Shown in pieces: positions 48,982-59,164 of a DNA stretch of 64,000 nt (position 1 is the stretch's first letter; the number at the start of each line of letters is the position of its first letter). Source of the stretch: Promethearchaeia archaeon (lineage in GTDB: Archaea > Asgardarchaeota > Lokiarchaeia > Sigyniarchaeales > SOKP01); the NCBI GenBank assembly GCA_029856045.1, contig JAHQWG010000053.1:1-64000 (forward strand), given 5' to 3'. Made by a program: the position numbers and the translations under genes. The notes beneath the pieces are model-generated. The model saw only the letters and a program-made list of their open reading frames with translations. It had not been told where the DNA came from and did not search any database.

Positions 48982-49406
48982 TTCCCTTAGTTATAGATAC
49001 CAACATAATATATTCAGTCATATATAATAAAAATGGCGTCGAAAGACAACTTCTTAATTATATTATTGATAATAATGAAATTCAATTATTTGCACCCGCT
49101 ATATTTTGGGATGAAATTCTTAGGAATCTTTCAAAAAAATTAAATTTTCAGGAAAAAGCTGTGAATTCTATTCTTTCCCAATTTGATATAATTGAAATTT
49201 CTCCCAAACAATATGAACCAAAGATTGTTGAGGCTAGAAGTTTAATTTTCCATGAAAATAACGTACCTTTTGTTGCCTGTGCTCTTTTCTTAAATGCACC
49301 AATTTGGTCAGGAAATGAAACTCATTTTAAAGCTTTAGATAAATCTAAAAAAGTAATCTGGTTTAATTCAAAAAGATTAAACAATTTTTTTAAAAAATCG
49401 AATTAA
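48978..49406 (+). CDS. PIN-domain VapC-like protein
   Basis: VIDTNII, FWDEI, VPFVACAL, IWSGN..HF. Confidence 0.85.
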   Translation: MIPLVIDTNIIYSVIYNKNGVERQLLNYIIDNNEIQLFAPAIFWDEILRNLSKKLNFQEKAVNSILSQFDIIEISPKQYEPKIVEARSLIFHENNVPFVACALFLNAPIWSGNETHFKALDKSKKVIWFNSKRLNNFFKKSN

Positions 49407-49543
49407 ATATGTCAGTAGATCTACAATTTCATAAATATAAAATTTAATTCATAAATCTTTAAATATAGGTTCTAGAGAATTATAAATAATTACATAAATC
49501 TAAAATAAAATTTTAAAAAATATTAAATAATAGAAAAAGAGGA

Positions 49544-51028
49544 TTGGCTGTGAGAAATTTAAAAGTCAAAATAAAAAAACCTATGCTACTGATAATTATT
49601 TCAGTCACATTAATGTTAATAATTGGGATTACAGGAACTTTGGAGTTGTTGGGTAAAGGAACTGTGATTCTTAGTCTTACTGGAGCAATTATTTTTGCTG
49701 GTTTAATGGGGTGTGGAATTTTTTCTTTACTAATTAATGTATTCCGAGAGGTGTTCTTTATAGCTGAAACTTCAAGAAATTTCAAACGTAAAATCATAAA
49801 ATCAGGTAAATATGTTGTCGTTATCTTATTTACACTAATAATCACTCTTGTCGCAGTTTTAGGAACAATGCTCATTTATTGGAATATTCGCCTTCCTCCC
49901 TCTTATGAAACAGATTCGGTGCTACAATTGGAAACATATATTGCAATACCACCTGGAAATCAATTGGAAAAACACCACAAATCCAATACTAAATTATATT
50001 ATTGGAAAGGGAATTTTTATCTCACTTATCAATCATCTAAATGGCATCTTGAAGACAAAAATGGGGAACTGATAATTGCCAAATCTCCAGATGCATCCGA
50101 GGGAAGCTGGGAAATAATAGCAAGTATAAAGGGTCCAGGACAAAATGATGTTAGAGATCCATTAATAACAGAAATTAACGGTAGTCTGTTCTTTTATTTT
50201 TTACCAAACTTTAGATTCGACCCTGGTCCAAATACAACCTACTGGACTGTTAGTGATGACGGTGAGACCTGGGCTGAACCACAAGAATTAGAAGTAAATG
50301 TATTATATGAAGATGGATGGAAAACAGAAGCAGGATGGGTTTTTGGTAGACAACGACCAATAACTGAAGATAATATTACTTGGTATGTTATGGCTAGCGG
50401 GAGAAAAAATAATAAAAGAATGACAATTTTACTGGAGTCTACAGATGGTATCAATTGGACGGAAGTCTCTGTAGTCTACGATACATATGGCAGTGGCGAA
50501 GCTTGTATGGAATTTTTACCAAACGGAGAATTTATTGCTACACTCCGAGTTAGTGCTATGAGCAGCTGGACTGGCTATGAATTTGGCACTCCTCATGCCG
50601 GTACAATTATTGCTACCTCGTATAATAATCATAAAAATTGGTCCCATCATGCCGATTTTCAAACCAGAATGGACGGTGCTACACTCTTTACTTTAAATAA
50701 TCGATCAAGAATATTTGTTGCCGGTAGAAATCATTTGGGTCCAAGAATAGATATTGGTAATCACGTGAGTAGAAAACGGACAGCCATTTATGAAGTAAAG
50801 AAAGATCACCTAATTCATCTTTTCGATTTACCCAGCAATGGAGATACTGCTTATACAGGCGTGGTCGTAAGAGGAGATGACATTTACGTCAGCTATTATA
50901 CATGCCCGATTAATAAAGATTATCCGTGGATTGTTGGGATTTGTATTCACACCGAAACAGAGATTAGAATAGCAAAATTTAGCACCTCTGGACTAATTGA
51001 ATATGCAAATCAAATTGGGGGTGGTTAA
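49544..51028 (+). CDS. 3-TM-anchored sialidase/BNR-like beta-propeller protein
   Basis: Asp-box repeats SDDGETW and STDGINW; DVRDP; GDTAY.G; VSYY. Confidence 0.8.
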   Translation: MAVRNLKVKIKKPMLLIIISVTLMLIIGITGTLELLGKGTVILSLTGAIIFAGLMGCGIFSLLINVFREVFFIAETSRNFKRKIIKSGKYVVVILFTLIITLVAVLGTMLIYWNIRLPPSYETDSVLQLETYIAIPPGNQLEKHHKSNTKLYYWKGNFYLTYQSSKWHLEDKNGELIIAKSPDASEGSWEIIASIKGPGQNDVRDPLITEINGSLFFYFLPNFRFDPGPNTTYWTVSDDGETWAEPQELEVNVLYEDGWKTEAGWVFGRQRPITEDNITWYVMASGRKNNKRMTILLESTDGINWTEVSVVYDTYGSGEACMEFLPNGEFIATLRVSAMSSWTGYEFGTPHAGTIIATSYNNHKNWSHHADFQTRMDGATLFTLNNRSRIFVAGRNHLGPRIDIGNHVSRKRTAIYEVKKDHLIHLFDLPSNGDTAYTGVVVRGDDIYVSYYTCPINKDYPWIVGICIHTETEIRIAKFSTSGLIEYANQIGGG

Positions 51029-51029
51029 A

Positions 51030-51161
51030 ATGTCTCAGGAAAAAGAAGAGGAAAAAATAAGCGATAAAGAAAAATTCATGATTGAACTTTTAATCATGAC
51101 TGTAGTCGGCTTACTCGTTATAGTCCCACTTATCTTATATGGATATCACTTTTTAATTTAA
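51030..51161 (+). CDS. 43-aa single-TM microprotein (not in ORF track)
   Basis: MSQEKEEEKISDKEKFMIELLIMTVVGLLVIVPLILYGYHFLI*; begins 1 bp after the upstream stop. Confidence 0.65.
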   Translation: MSQEKEEEKISDKEKFMIELLIMTVVGLLVIVPLILYGYHFLI

Positions 51162-51179
51162 TATGGAGGAATGTAAAAA

Positions 51180-51287
51180 ATGGATAAAAAAATGATTTGG
51201 AACATTACACGAATAGTTTATTGGACATTAATATTCATTTTAGCACTCTACTTTGTCTTTCTACTAATAACAACGCTTTTTATGTAG
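51180..51287 (+). CDS. 35-aa single-TM microprotein (not in ORF track)
   Basis: MDKKMIWNITRIVYWTLIFILALYFVFLLITTLFM*; GGAGGA Shine-Dalgarno upstream. Confidence 0.65.
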   Translation: MDKKMIWNITRIVYWTLIFILALYFVFLLITTLFM

Positions 51288-51501
51288 CAACGTCAAAAAA
51301 AATATTAGAATTCAGGAGTATCATTAAAAATTTTAATATAAGTTATCTTTTTTTGTTTTCATTTTCTTTTTATTTTTTTTAAAATCTTTTTTAAAATAAT
51401 TTTCATTAATTTAAGAAACTTTCAACTTTAAAAATTATATAAGATATAACCTTCTAATTGTTAAATAAAAAATAAAATATGAAATTGTTGAAGGGATTAA
51501 A

Positions 51502-52620
51502 ATGTCCACAGATGAAATCCAGCCTAAAATTACCTTAAAATTCATCCTGAAAAATTTAGGCACTATAATCAAGATGAAAAGAGCCAATAGAGAACGAATG
51601 GATAAATTTACAAAAGCAAATCAGCTACTTAAAGCACCAATCATGCCCACTACCGAAGGTACTGGAGGAGCAATGGAAGAAGGTATGATCTATATTATAT
51701 TCAACTCCAATGAAGAAACATCCCCCGAAATCTTCGATAGCGTATTCCGGGTATTTTGGGCCAATGCACCCGATTTGAAATTTTCAGTTTTTGATGGTGC
51801 CCTCCTCTCTGAAAACTTTAAATCTGGCCAATGGGTAAGGTCTTTCGGTAAGGGAATTTTCGAAAATCTTTCTAAAAAGCGCTTTCACCAAGAGGTACAT
51901 TTCGAAGAATGCGACTTGGAATTCGATGGTATATGGCCAGATGGCTATAAATTGATTTTCCATGATAGAAAACTTGATATCAAGGGAAATTTAGCCTATG
52001 AAGCAATAGACCCGAAAGGAGTATTAGTCTATTATAATAATCGCCTTACAGTAGCGCCCTCTATGGCCGAACAATTCTATGATATTTTCGCAATAAAAGT
52101 AACAGGCACTATAGAAATGCAAGGAAAAAAAATTCACGTTTCTAATGGGAGGGGTATCATCGAGCATGGATTAGGTATTTTTTCAAATTTTGACATATAT
52201 GATTGGAGATGGCTCAATTTACAGTTTCCCGAAGGGCAGATCCATCTCTTCTACCATTCGCTTGACCTTAAGGATGAGGGAATTTATATAGCCGGGGAAG
52301 GGGCTGCCGTCATGAATGGTGATTGGTATCACTTCCAACCAGGAGATTTCCAAATAAAGGAAATGGGCTATGGTGCAGATGATATTGTTCCAACTAAAGT
52401 GCCAATCGAATGGAAAGTGACCGCTGGGAAAGATACCCAGGGAGAACCCCTCTTAGACTTGAAAATGGTGTCCACCACTAAACTCTCTTGGCACGGAGCA
52501 ATGGCTAAAGAAAATCAAGCCATAACTAATTATATCCTTGACGCTGACGGAACATGGAAAGGAAAAACCATTAAAGGGAAGGGGACAATGGAAAACCAAA
52601 TGCATAGAGTAATTAAATGA
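51502..52620 (+). CDS. AttH/CrtC/tocopherol-cyclase-like beta-barrel protein
   Basis: G.GIIEH.LG, WRWLNLQF, P.EW, G.GTME motifs. Confidence 0.6.
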   Translation: MSTDEIQPKITLKFILKNLGTIIKMKRANRERMDKFTKANQLLKAPIMPTTEGTGGAMEEGMIYIIFNSNEETSPEIFDSVFRVFWANAPDLKFSVFDGALLSENFKSGQWVRSFGKGIFENLSKKRFHQEVHFEECDLEFDGIWPDGYKLIFHDRKLDIKGNLAYEAIDPKGVLVYYNNRLTVAPSMAEQFYDIFAIKVTGTIEMQGKKIHVSNGRGIIEHGLGIFSNFDIYDWRWLNLQFPEGQIHLFYHSLDLKDEGIYIAGEGAAVMNGDWYHFQPGDFQIKEMGYGADDIVPTKVPIEWKVTAGKDTQGEPLLDLKMVSTTKLSWHGAMAKENQAITNYILDADGTWKGKTIKGKGTMENQMHRVIK

Positions 52621-52810
52621 TCTATGTAATATTTCTTGTAAATAACTCTTCAAATTATATTCTCAACTATTTCTTTTACTGAACTAGGATAAGTATTTGC
52701 ATAATCTTATTTTTGCTAACTATAGAAATGATTTTTTAGATGATTATTTTTTTACATATTTTTAATTTAAAAATAATTTATTCAATTAAAGAACATGTAA
52801 AAAAGTTTTT

Positions 52811-53620
52811 TCAAGAATAATTTAAAGATCTATTTTTTTGGTTTATTAAATCTTGAATTGTAATCTCAGGATGATGATATCTCTGTGTTTTTAAAGTTTA
52901 TATACCGAATTGAATAGATTTTTCAGGGCAAAAATTAATACATGCTAAGCATTGCTGACATTTATGCTGCCATTGTGGTATTCCCTCTATTAGTATAATA
53001 TTATTTACAGGACAAACCTTTTCACATATACCACACTTGTTGCAATTATCATCGGCGTAGAATGATTTATCACTTTCATACACTTCCTCTCGAAATTTAT
53101 TATTAAATCTTTCACTCTTGCTTACATCTTTTTTAAAAATATCTTGATTGAGATTTTCTCTTTTATCCTTTAAAATTTCAGAGATAAATTCAACTTCTTT
53201 AATTGCTTTTTCGAAAAACTCTTTTTGACGCTCTTCTGAGTGAATATCATACGCAATAATATAATTATTGGGCATAGTGATATAAAATCCAGCACTAAGC
53301 GTTTTCGCTTTCGTTTTTAAAATCTTCTCTAACTGTTGTAAAGGCTGTTCGTTAATATCTCCAGCATACGTTATAACCGCAAAAAAATAATTAGATTTAC
53401 TAAGATCTATTTTGTATATAAAATCATACACTATTTTAGGCAATCCAGAATAATATAAGGGAAAAATAAAACCTACTTTTTCACTCCTCGATGAAAGGTT
53501 TTCCATTTCCCAAACCTTTGCAATGGGTATAAGTTCACAGTCTTCTAACTTTTCGGCAAGGATTCTCGCAATCTTTAAAGAATTGCCCGTTCCAGTAAAA
53601 AAATAGATTGTCGTTTCCAT
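52811..53620 (-). CDS. EFR1-family flavodoxin-ferredoxin interrupted by an in-frame TAA at 52900-52898
   Basis: FTGTGNS, MPNNY, two CxxCxxC motifs; after the TAA the frame reads TLKTQRYHHPEITIQDLINQKNRSLNYS*. Confidence 0.85.
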
Positions 53621-53756
53621 ATATATTTAAAATGTTCTCTTCTTTTAGAGTTTATTAAACTTTAATCTAATTTTTGGTAAGAATTCACTTCTTGTATAAT
53701 ATATGTGCATCAACTTACGATTAGGCATTTTATAATCTTTTGGATTTATGATCGCT

Positions 53757-53987
53757 TTATTTATCATATTTTTCCCTCAAATGTTCTTCCGAGTTTAAGA
53801 AAATTTCACAATCACAAAATCCGCCAGATTCTCTGCAATCTTCTAAAAACTCTTCTCGGTTCTCTTTGAGAATATTCATTTCTTCTAATATTATCTCTGC
53901 ATTGGTTAAATCACGTCCATTACATCCATTGATTTCTAATAATTCTTCTAATCGATTAAAAAATCTCTCTAAATCTTTTTTATTCAT
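53757..53987 (-). CDS. DUF2695-family protein
   Basis: GC...GGFCDCEIFLN. Confidence 0.8.
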   Translation of the reverse strand: MNKKDLERFFNRLEELLEINGCNGRDLTNAEIILEEMNILKENREEFLEDCRESGGFCDCEIFLNSEEHLREKYDK

Positions 53988-54225
53988 TTGTAATTCTCCA
54001 ATTAATTAAGAATTTTAGAATAAATAAGTTATTCAACAATCTATTTATAAATTTTGTTGAAATTTAATTTCATACTCGATTATAATTTCACGATTAGGAT
54101 TTAAGTTAACTTTAATAATGTAATCAAGTAACTTGGATATAATACCTCGAATTTTAATCTTGAAGAAAAATCATAAGGATTTCTTAAAGTTTTCCCTTTA
54201 AAGGTAGTTTTGTTAATTTTCAATA

Positions 54226-55215
54226 TTAGTTAGCTTTCTTTGGTTTTTTTCTGATTAATCTTACACCCAAACTTATTTCATCAGCCTTTTCCTCGGGACC
54301 TTTCCAGAATGGATATGTCTTTTTTAATATTTTTATTTTTTTTATTTTAAATATTAAAAGAGCAGTAAGATTAATTGCAAGGATATTTGACATTAAAAGA
54401 ATAAAACTTCCAAAAGACAAAAGAGCATTTCCATAGATTAGAGCTACTCCAATATTAACGGCGGGAGGCATCAAAGATACCGCAATAGCAATACCAACTA
54501 AAGAAGATTCTATTCTACCCGTTATGGCGAATGCTACAGCTAACCCGGCGCCAATTGAAACGATTAAATCAAAAACCGTTGGAAAATTTCTATTCATCAT
54601 TTCATGGGTTGCAGAGGGTGAATCATAAATAAGGAAAGCCAAACTTCCCAGGACAATTCCAGTCCCTATTGCAATAAGAATTCCAAAAAGTTGTCCAAAG
54701 ATTCCTTTTTTAACTAAGATATAATTTTTGCTTATCATTCCATATGAAACGCCCAGTATAGGACCCATTAATGGAGATATGATCATTGCCCCTATAATAA
54801 TCGCCGTAGAATTTAAAATAAGCCCTGCTCCTGCGATCAAAGCAGCTATGATGATAAAAATATAATAATTTAAATTTAATTCCATAACTTCTTTTAAAGT
54901 GGATTCGATTTCTTCTACAGATATCCGGCTTGTAATTTCATCAGAAACATCACTTTCTTCTTCTTTCAACTCTGGAATTGTAACATCTAATTTTAATATA
55001 TCTATAATACCAAATTCAGTTCCCACTCCAATTTCATTAAGAACTTCTAAAACTCTAGCAACTTTAATTTTAGTGCAACGTATAATGACTAAAGAATTAC
55101 TTTTACCTTCCAATAATATCATATTTTTAATGTTAAGTTTCTCATTTAAAGCTTTTATTAATGATTCAATACGGCTTTTTGGTTCATTAGGAAGACTTAT
55201 CTGAATTTGACTCAT
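54226..55215 (-). CDS. TIGR00341/DUF389 membrane protein
   Basis: IIGAMIISPLMGP; LVGIAIAVSLMPP. Confidence 0.9.
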   Translation of the reverse strand: MSQIQISLPNEPKSRIESLIKALNEKLNIKNMILLEGKSNSLVIIRCTKIKVARVLEVLNEIGVGTEFGIIDILKLDVTIPELKEEESDVSDEITSRISVEEIESTLKEVMELNLNYYIFIIIAALIAGAGLILNSTAIIIGAMIISPLMGPILGVSYGMISKNYILVKKGIFGQLFGILIAIGTGIVLGSLAFLIYDSPSATHEMMNRNFPTVFDLIVSIGAGLAVAFAITGRIESSLVGIAIAVSLMPPAVNIGVALIYGNALLSFGSFILLMSNILAINLTALLIFKIKKIKILKKTYPFWKGPEEKADEISLGVRLIRKKPKKAN

Positions 55216-55466
55216 TTTAAACTATCCTTGGATGTATTAGTACAATTAGATTTTTAACTAATAATAAAAATTCTATAATATTTATAATAATTTTCTTTTT
55301 AACTAAAATGTGAATAAAACTTACGTTAATTTATTTAACCTACATTCCTTAAATAAATTCTTTTTATTTTCATTCTCTAATTATTATTGAATCTTTTTTA
55401 ATCTATTCTGTAGCAATTTCATAGAAAAACAGAAACTTTAAAGGTTTTCGAAAGAGATTAATAATC

Positions 55467-58076
55467 CTAAATGATGAATTCTCCTACTTTTTTAAAGTCA
55501 AAGACGTTATCTTTATTGTAATCAACTTCTAAAATATCTCCTTCAATAAAATCACCTTCTAATAACTTCAAAGATAACGGATTTTGAATGTATGTTTGTA
55601 TTGCTCTTTTCAACGGTCTTGCCCCGTAATCTGGATCGAATCCTTTTTCACTAAGAAATTCTTTTGCCTTATCCGTGAGCTTTAATTTAATTTTATTGTC
55701 AGATAATATTTTGTTTAAGTTTCTAAGTTGTATATCTACGATTTGTTTTATCTGATCTTTTTTTAAGAAGTTAAAAACTATTATATCATCAACGCGATTT
55801 AGAAATTCAGGCCTGAAATAACTACTCAGTGTCTTCAAAATTAATTCTTTAGTTTCTTCTTTGCCCTTACCGCGGGATTCTAATATATATTGACTACCGA
55901 TATTGCTAGTCATGATTATAATTGTATTCCTAAAATCTACAGTCCTTCCATGACCATCTGTTAAACGCCCATCATCCATAATCTGCAATAATATGTTAAA
56001 CACTTCTGGATGTGCTTTTTCGATTTCATCAAAGAGTATTACTGCATAAGGTCTTCGCCTTATAGCTTCTGTTAAATATCCACCTTCTTCATAACCAACA
56101 TATCCTGGAGGTGCACCAATCAATCTCGCTATGCTGTGTTTCTCCATAAATTCTGACATATCAATTCTTACCATAGCATTTTCATCGTCAAAAAGAAATT
56201 CCGCTAAAGCTTTAGCAGTCTCGGTTTTTCCGACTCCTGTTGGACCCATAAAAATGAAAGTGCCTATTGGTCTATTCGGATCTTGAATTCCTGCCCTTGC
56301 TCTCCTAATAGCATTTGAGATTTTTACTAATGCCTCATCTTGTCCAATTACCCTTTGTTTTAATCGATTTTCCATTTTTAACAATTTTTCTCGTTCTCCC
56401 TCCAACATTCTTGAAACGGGAATACCAGTCCATTGAGAAACTACTTTTGCTATGTCTTCTTCGTCAACTTCTTGCTTTAACATTTTATTATTTTTTTGAA
56501 TTTCATTCAATTCTGTGTTATATTTTTCTAAATCTTTCTTCAATTGATTAAGTATACCATAAATTAATTCGGCGGCTTTCCCAAGATCTCCACGTTTTTC
56601 GGCTTTATCAGCTTCTATCTTTGTTTCTTCCATCTTTCTCTTAATTTCGCTAATTTTTACTATTTTTTCTTTTTCGTTTCTCCATTGAATCTGCATTTTA
56701 TCGCTTTCTTCATGTAGATTATGAAGCTCTTCGTCGATCTTTTTAAGTTTATCATTGGCAGATTTATCCTTTTCTCTTTTCAAAGCTTCTTTTTGGATTT
56801 CTAATTGGATAATTTTCCTCTCAATAGCATCAATTTCGGTTGGCATACTATCTATTTCTATCCTTAATCTAGAAGCAGCTTCATCTATAAGATCTATAGC
56901 TTTATCAGGTAAAAAGCGATCTGTAATATATCTATGAGATAAAATAACGGCTGCAATTATTGCAGAATCTGTTATTCGAACTCCATGATGTATTTCATAC
57001 TTTTCTTTTAAACCTCTTAGAATTGCTATAGAATCTTCTACAGATGGCTCAGCGATATAAATGGTTTGAAATCTACGAGTTAATGCAGCATCTTTCTCAA
57101 TGTATTTACGATATTCATCTAATGTTGTAGCGCCAATACATCGCAATTCTCCTCTGGCTAACGCAGGTTTTAACATATTTGAAGCATCAATCGCTCCTTC
57201 AGCTGCACCGGCTCCTACTAAAGTGTGTAATTCATCAATAAATAAAATAAATTTTCCAGCACCTTCTTCAACTTCTTTTAAGAATGCCTTTAAACGATCT
57301 TCAAATTCACCACGATATTTCGCTCCGGCAATGAGGGCTCCTAAATCTAAAGATATAAGATCCTTTTCTTTTAAAGAATCTGGAACATCATTACTAGAAA
57401 TCCGTTGAGCTAGACCTTCCACAATAGCGGTTTTTCCAACACCAGCTTCTCCAATTAATACGGGATTGTTTTTTGTGCGTCTTGAAAGGATATGCATAAC
57501 CCTTCTTATCTCGTCGTCTCTTCCAATCACGGGATCTAGTTTTCCTCTTCTTGCTAAATCCGTAAAATTGCGACTATATTTCAGAATTGCTTGATATTTT
57601 CCCTCAGGATCTTGGTCTGTTATAGTTCGATTACCTCTAATATTACTTAAGGCTTGAAGAATCCTGTCTTTAGTTATTCCATAATTTCTTAATATAGGAT
57701 AAATTGACAGAGACTCGTCTGCTGCTATTGCAATTAGTAAATGTTCAGTACTTAGATATTGATCTCTTAAAAATCCTGCTTCCTTCCATGCAACATCGAA
57801 TATTTTTTTAATTCTTGGTGAGATCCTGACATCTGTAACTCCAGGTCCTGTAACTTTTGGCAACTTATCCAATTCCGCTTTCAAATCGTTTAATAATGTG
57901 TAAAGATTTACTCCGAGTTTTTGAAAAAGTGGTGTAGCTATTCCATCTTGTTGCTCGATCAACGAAACTAACAAATGAGGGGGTTCTATTTCCTGATTTT
58001 CGTTATTTTGGGCTAGTGATTGAGCAGCCATTAGACCCTCTTGAACTTTAATCGTGAATTTATCAAATTTCATCAT
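55467..58076 (-). CDS. clpB: ATP-dependent disaggregase ClpB
   Basis: Clp-N repeats, GEAGVGKT, long coiled-coil M domain, [17 protein letters not shown], no IGF loop. Confidence 0.96.
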   Translation of the reverse strand: MMKFDKFTIKVQEGLMAAQSLAQNNENQEIEPPHLLVSLIEQQDGIATPLFQKLGVNLYTLLNDLKAELDKLPKVTGPGVTDVRISPRIKKIFDVAWKEAGFLRDQYLSTEHLLIAIAADESLSIYPILRNYGITKDRILQALSNIRGNRTITDQDPEGKYQAILKYSRNFTDLARRGKLDPVIGRDDEIRRVMHILSRRTKNNPVLIGEAGVGKTAIVEGLAQRISSNDVPDSLKEKDLISLDLGALIAGAKYRGEFEDRLKAFLKEVEEGAGKFILFIDELHTLVGAGAAEGAIDASNMLKPALARGELRCIGATTLDEYRKYIEKDAALTRRFQTIYIAEPSVEDSIAILRGLKEKYEIHHGVRITDSAIIAAVILSHRYITDRFLPDKAIDLIDEAASRLRIEIDSMPTEIDAIERKIIQLEIQKEALKREKDKSANDKLKKIDEELHNLHEESDKMQIQWRNEKEKIVKISEIKRKMEETKIEADKAEKRGDLGKAAELIYGILNQLKKDLEKYNTELNEIQKNNKMLKQEVDEEDIAKVVSQWTGIPVSRMLEGEREKLLKMENRLKQRVIGQDEALVKISNAIRRARAGIQDPNRPIGTFIFMGPTGVGKTETAKALAEFLFDDENAMVRIDMSEFMEKHSIARLIGAPPGYVGYEEGGYLTEAIRRRPYAVILFDEIEKAHPEVFNILLQIMDDGRLTDGHGRTVDFRNTIIIMTSNIGSQYILESRGKGKEETKELILKTLSSYFRPEFLNRVDDIIVFNFLKKDQIKQIVDIQLRNLNKILSDNKIKLKLTDKAKEFLSEKGFDPDYGARPLKRAIQTYIQNPLSLKLLEGDFIEGDILEVDYNKDNVFDFKKVGEFII

Positions 58077-58089
58077 CTTATAATTTTAC

Positions 58090-59100
58090 CTATAAACCTG
58101 TTTTTTGTAATTTTTCTAATAAATCTTTTTGGTTCTTTTTTAATCTTTTAGGAACTTTAATTTTTATTCTAACCATTAGATTACCCTTTTGCTCTGAATT
58201 AATTTTATAAAAACCTTGATTTTTTAATCGGAGGACTGTAGAATCTTCGGTTCCGGGAGGAATTGTAACGTTTAAAGTTTTTTCTGTACCAGGCACTTGA
58301 ACATTACCTCCTAATACCGCTGTTGTAAATGGGATTTCTTGTTCTATATATACATCATCGTCTTTTCTTTCAAATTTACTATGCTTTTTAATTTTTACAA
58401 TAATATATAAATCTCCAGGTTTACCTCCATTTTCTCCAGGCAAACCTTTCCCTTTAAGGCGTAACTTTTGATTGTCTTTAATTCCTCTAGGAATCTTTAT
58501 AGTTAAAGTCTTATTTTGCCCCATTAGAGGATCTTTATATTGAATTTTTCGTTGAATGCCATTAAATGCATCCATAAAATCAATTTCGATGTTATATTTT
58601 AAATCTTCTCCTTCTCTTGGAATATTATAATCTGCCGATGTTGATCTAGATCTTGTACTACCCCCTCTATGGGAAAATACGTCAAATATATCTCCTAAAT
58701 CGTTAAAAAAGTCAAATCCCCCAGTTTTACGACTTTTACTTGATTTTCCAAAAATATCGTTAAAATTATAACCTTCAGATGAACCAGTGGTTGAGTAATA
58801 AAAAGGTGTACCATCTGGTGATTGATAAACTTGCCCATCTCTTCCAGAAACACCGCCCCATTGCTGATAGGTAGAGGGATCTCCTTCTACCACACCAAAT
58901 TTGTCAAACATTTCTCTTTTTTTATCATCACTTAGAACACTATATGCCTCGTTAATTTCTTTAAATTTCTCTCCTGATTTAGGCTCGTCTGGATTTACAT
59001 CAGGATGATATTTTCTTGCTAACTTGCGAAATACCCTCTTAATTTCTTCTTTTGAAGCACCTTTATCGATTCCTAATATTTTATAATAATCTTTTGCCAT
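58090..59100 (-). CDS. dnaJ: Class B J-domain chaperone (CbpA/DnaJ2-like, no zinc finger)
   Basis: HPD motif, G/F-rich region, PGDLY C-terminal domain, no CxxCxGxG. Confidence 0.9.
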   Translation of the reverse strand: MAKDYYKILGIDKGASKEEIKRVFRKLARKYHPDVNPDEPKSGEKFKEINEAYSVLSDDKKREMFDKFGVVEGDPSTYQQWGGVSGRDGQVYQSPDGTPFYYSTTGSSEGYNFNDIFGKSSKSRKTGGFDFFNDLGDIFDVFSHRGGSTRSRSTSADYNIPREGEDLKYNIEIDFMDAFNGIQRKIQYKDPLMGQNKTLTIKIPRGIKDNQKLRLKGKGLPGENGGKPGDLYIIVKIKKHSKFERKDDDVYIEQEIPFTTAVLGGNVQVPGTEKTLNVTIPPGTEDSTVLRLKNQGFYKINSEQKGNLMVRIKIKVPKRLKKNQKDLLEKLQKTGL

Positions 59101-59132
59101 GTTTTACACTTTCGTTTTTACTACAGTAAATT

Positions 59133-59160
59133 AAAAAAAAAAAAGAAAACAGCTAGTTTT
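59133..59160 (-). terminator. U-rich terminator-like tract between dnaK and dnaJ
   Basis: Minus strand reads TTTTC then T12 (59144-59133), ~20 nt after the dnaK stop. Confidence 0.55.
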
Positions 59161-59164
59161 AAAC

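Noticed and set aside
51197-51382. 61-aa ORF from the track
   Set aside because: The overlapping SD-led frame 51180-51287 is a better gene; this ORF runs into the T-rich terminator
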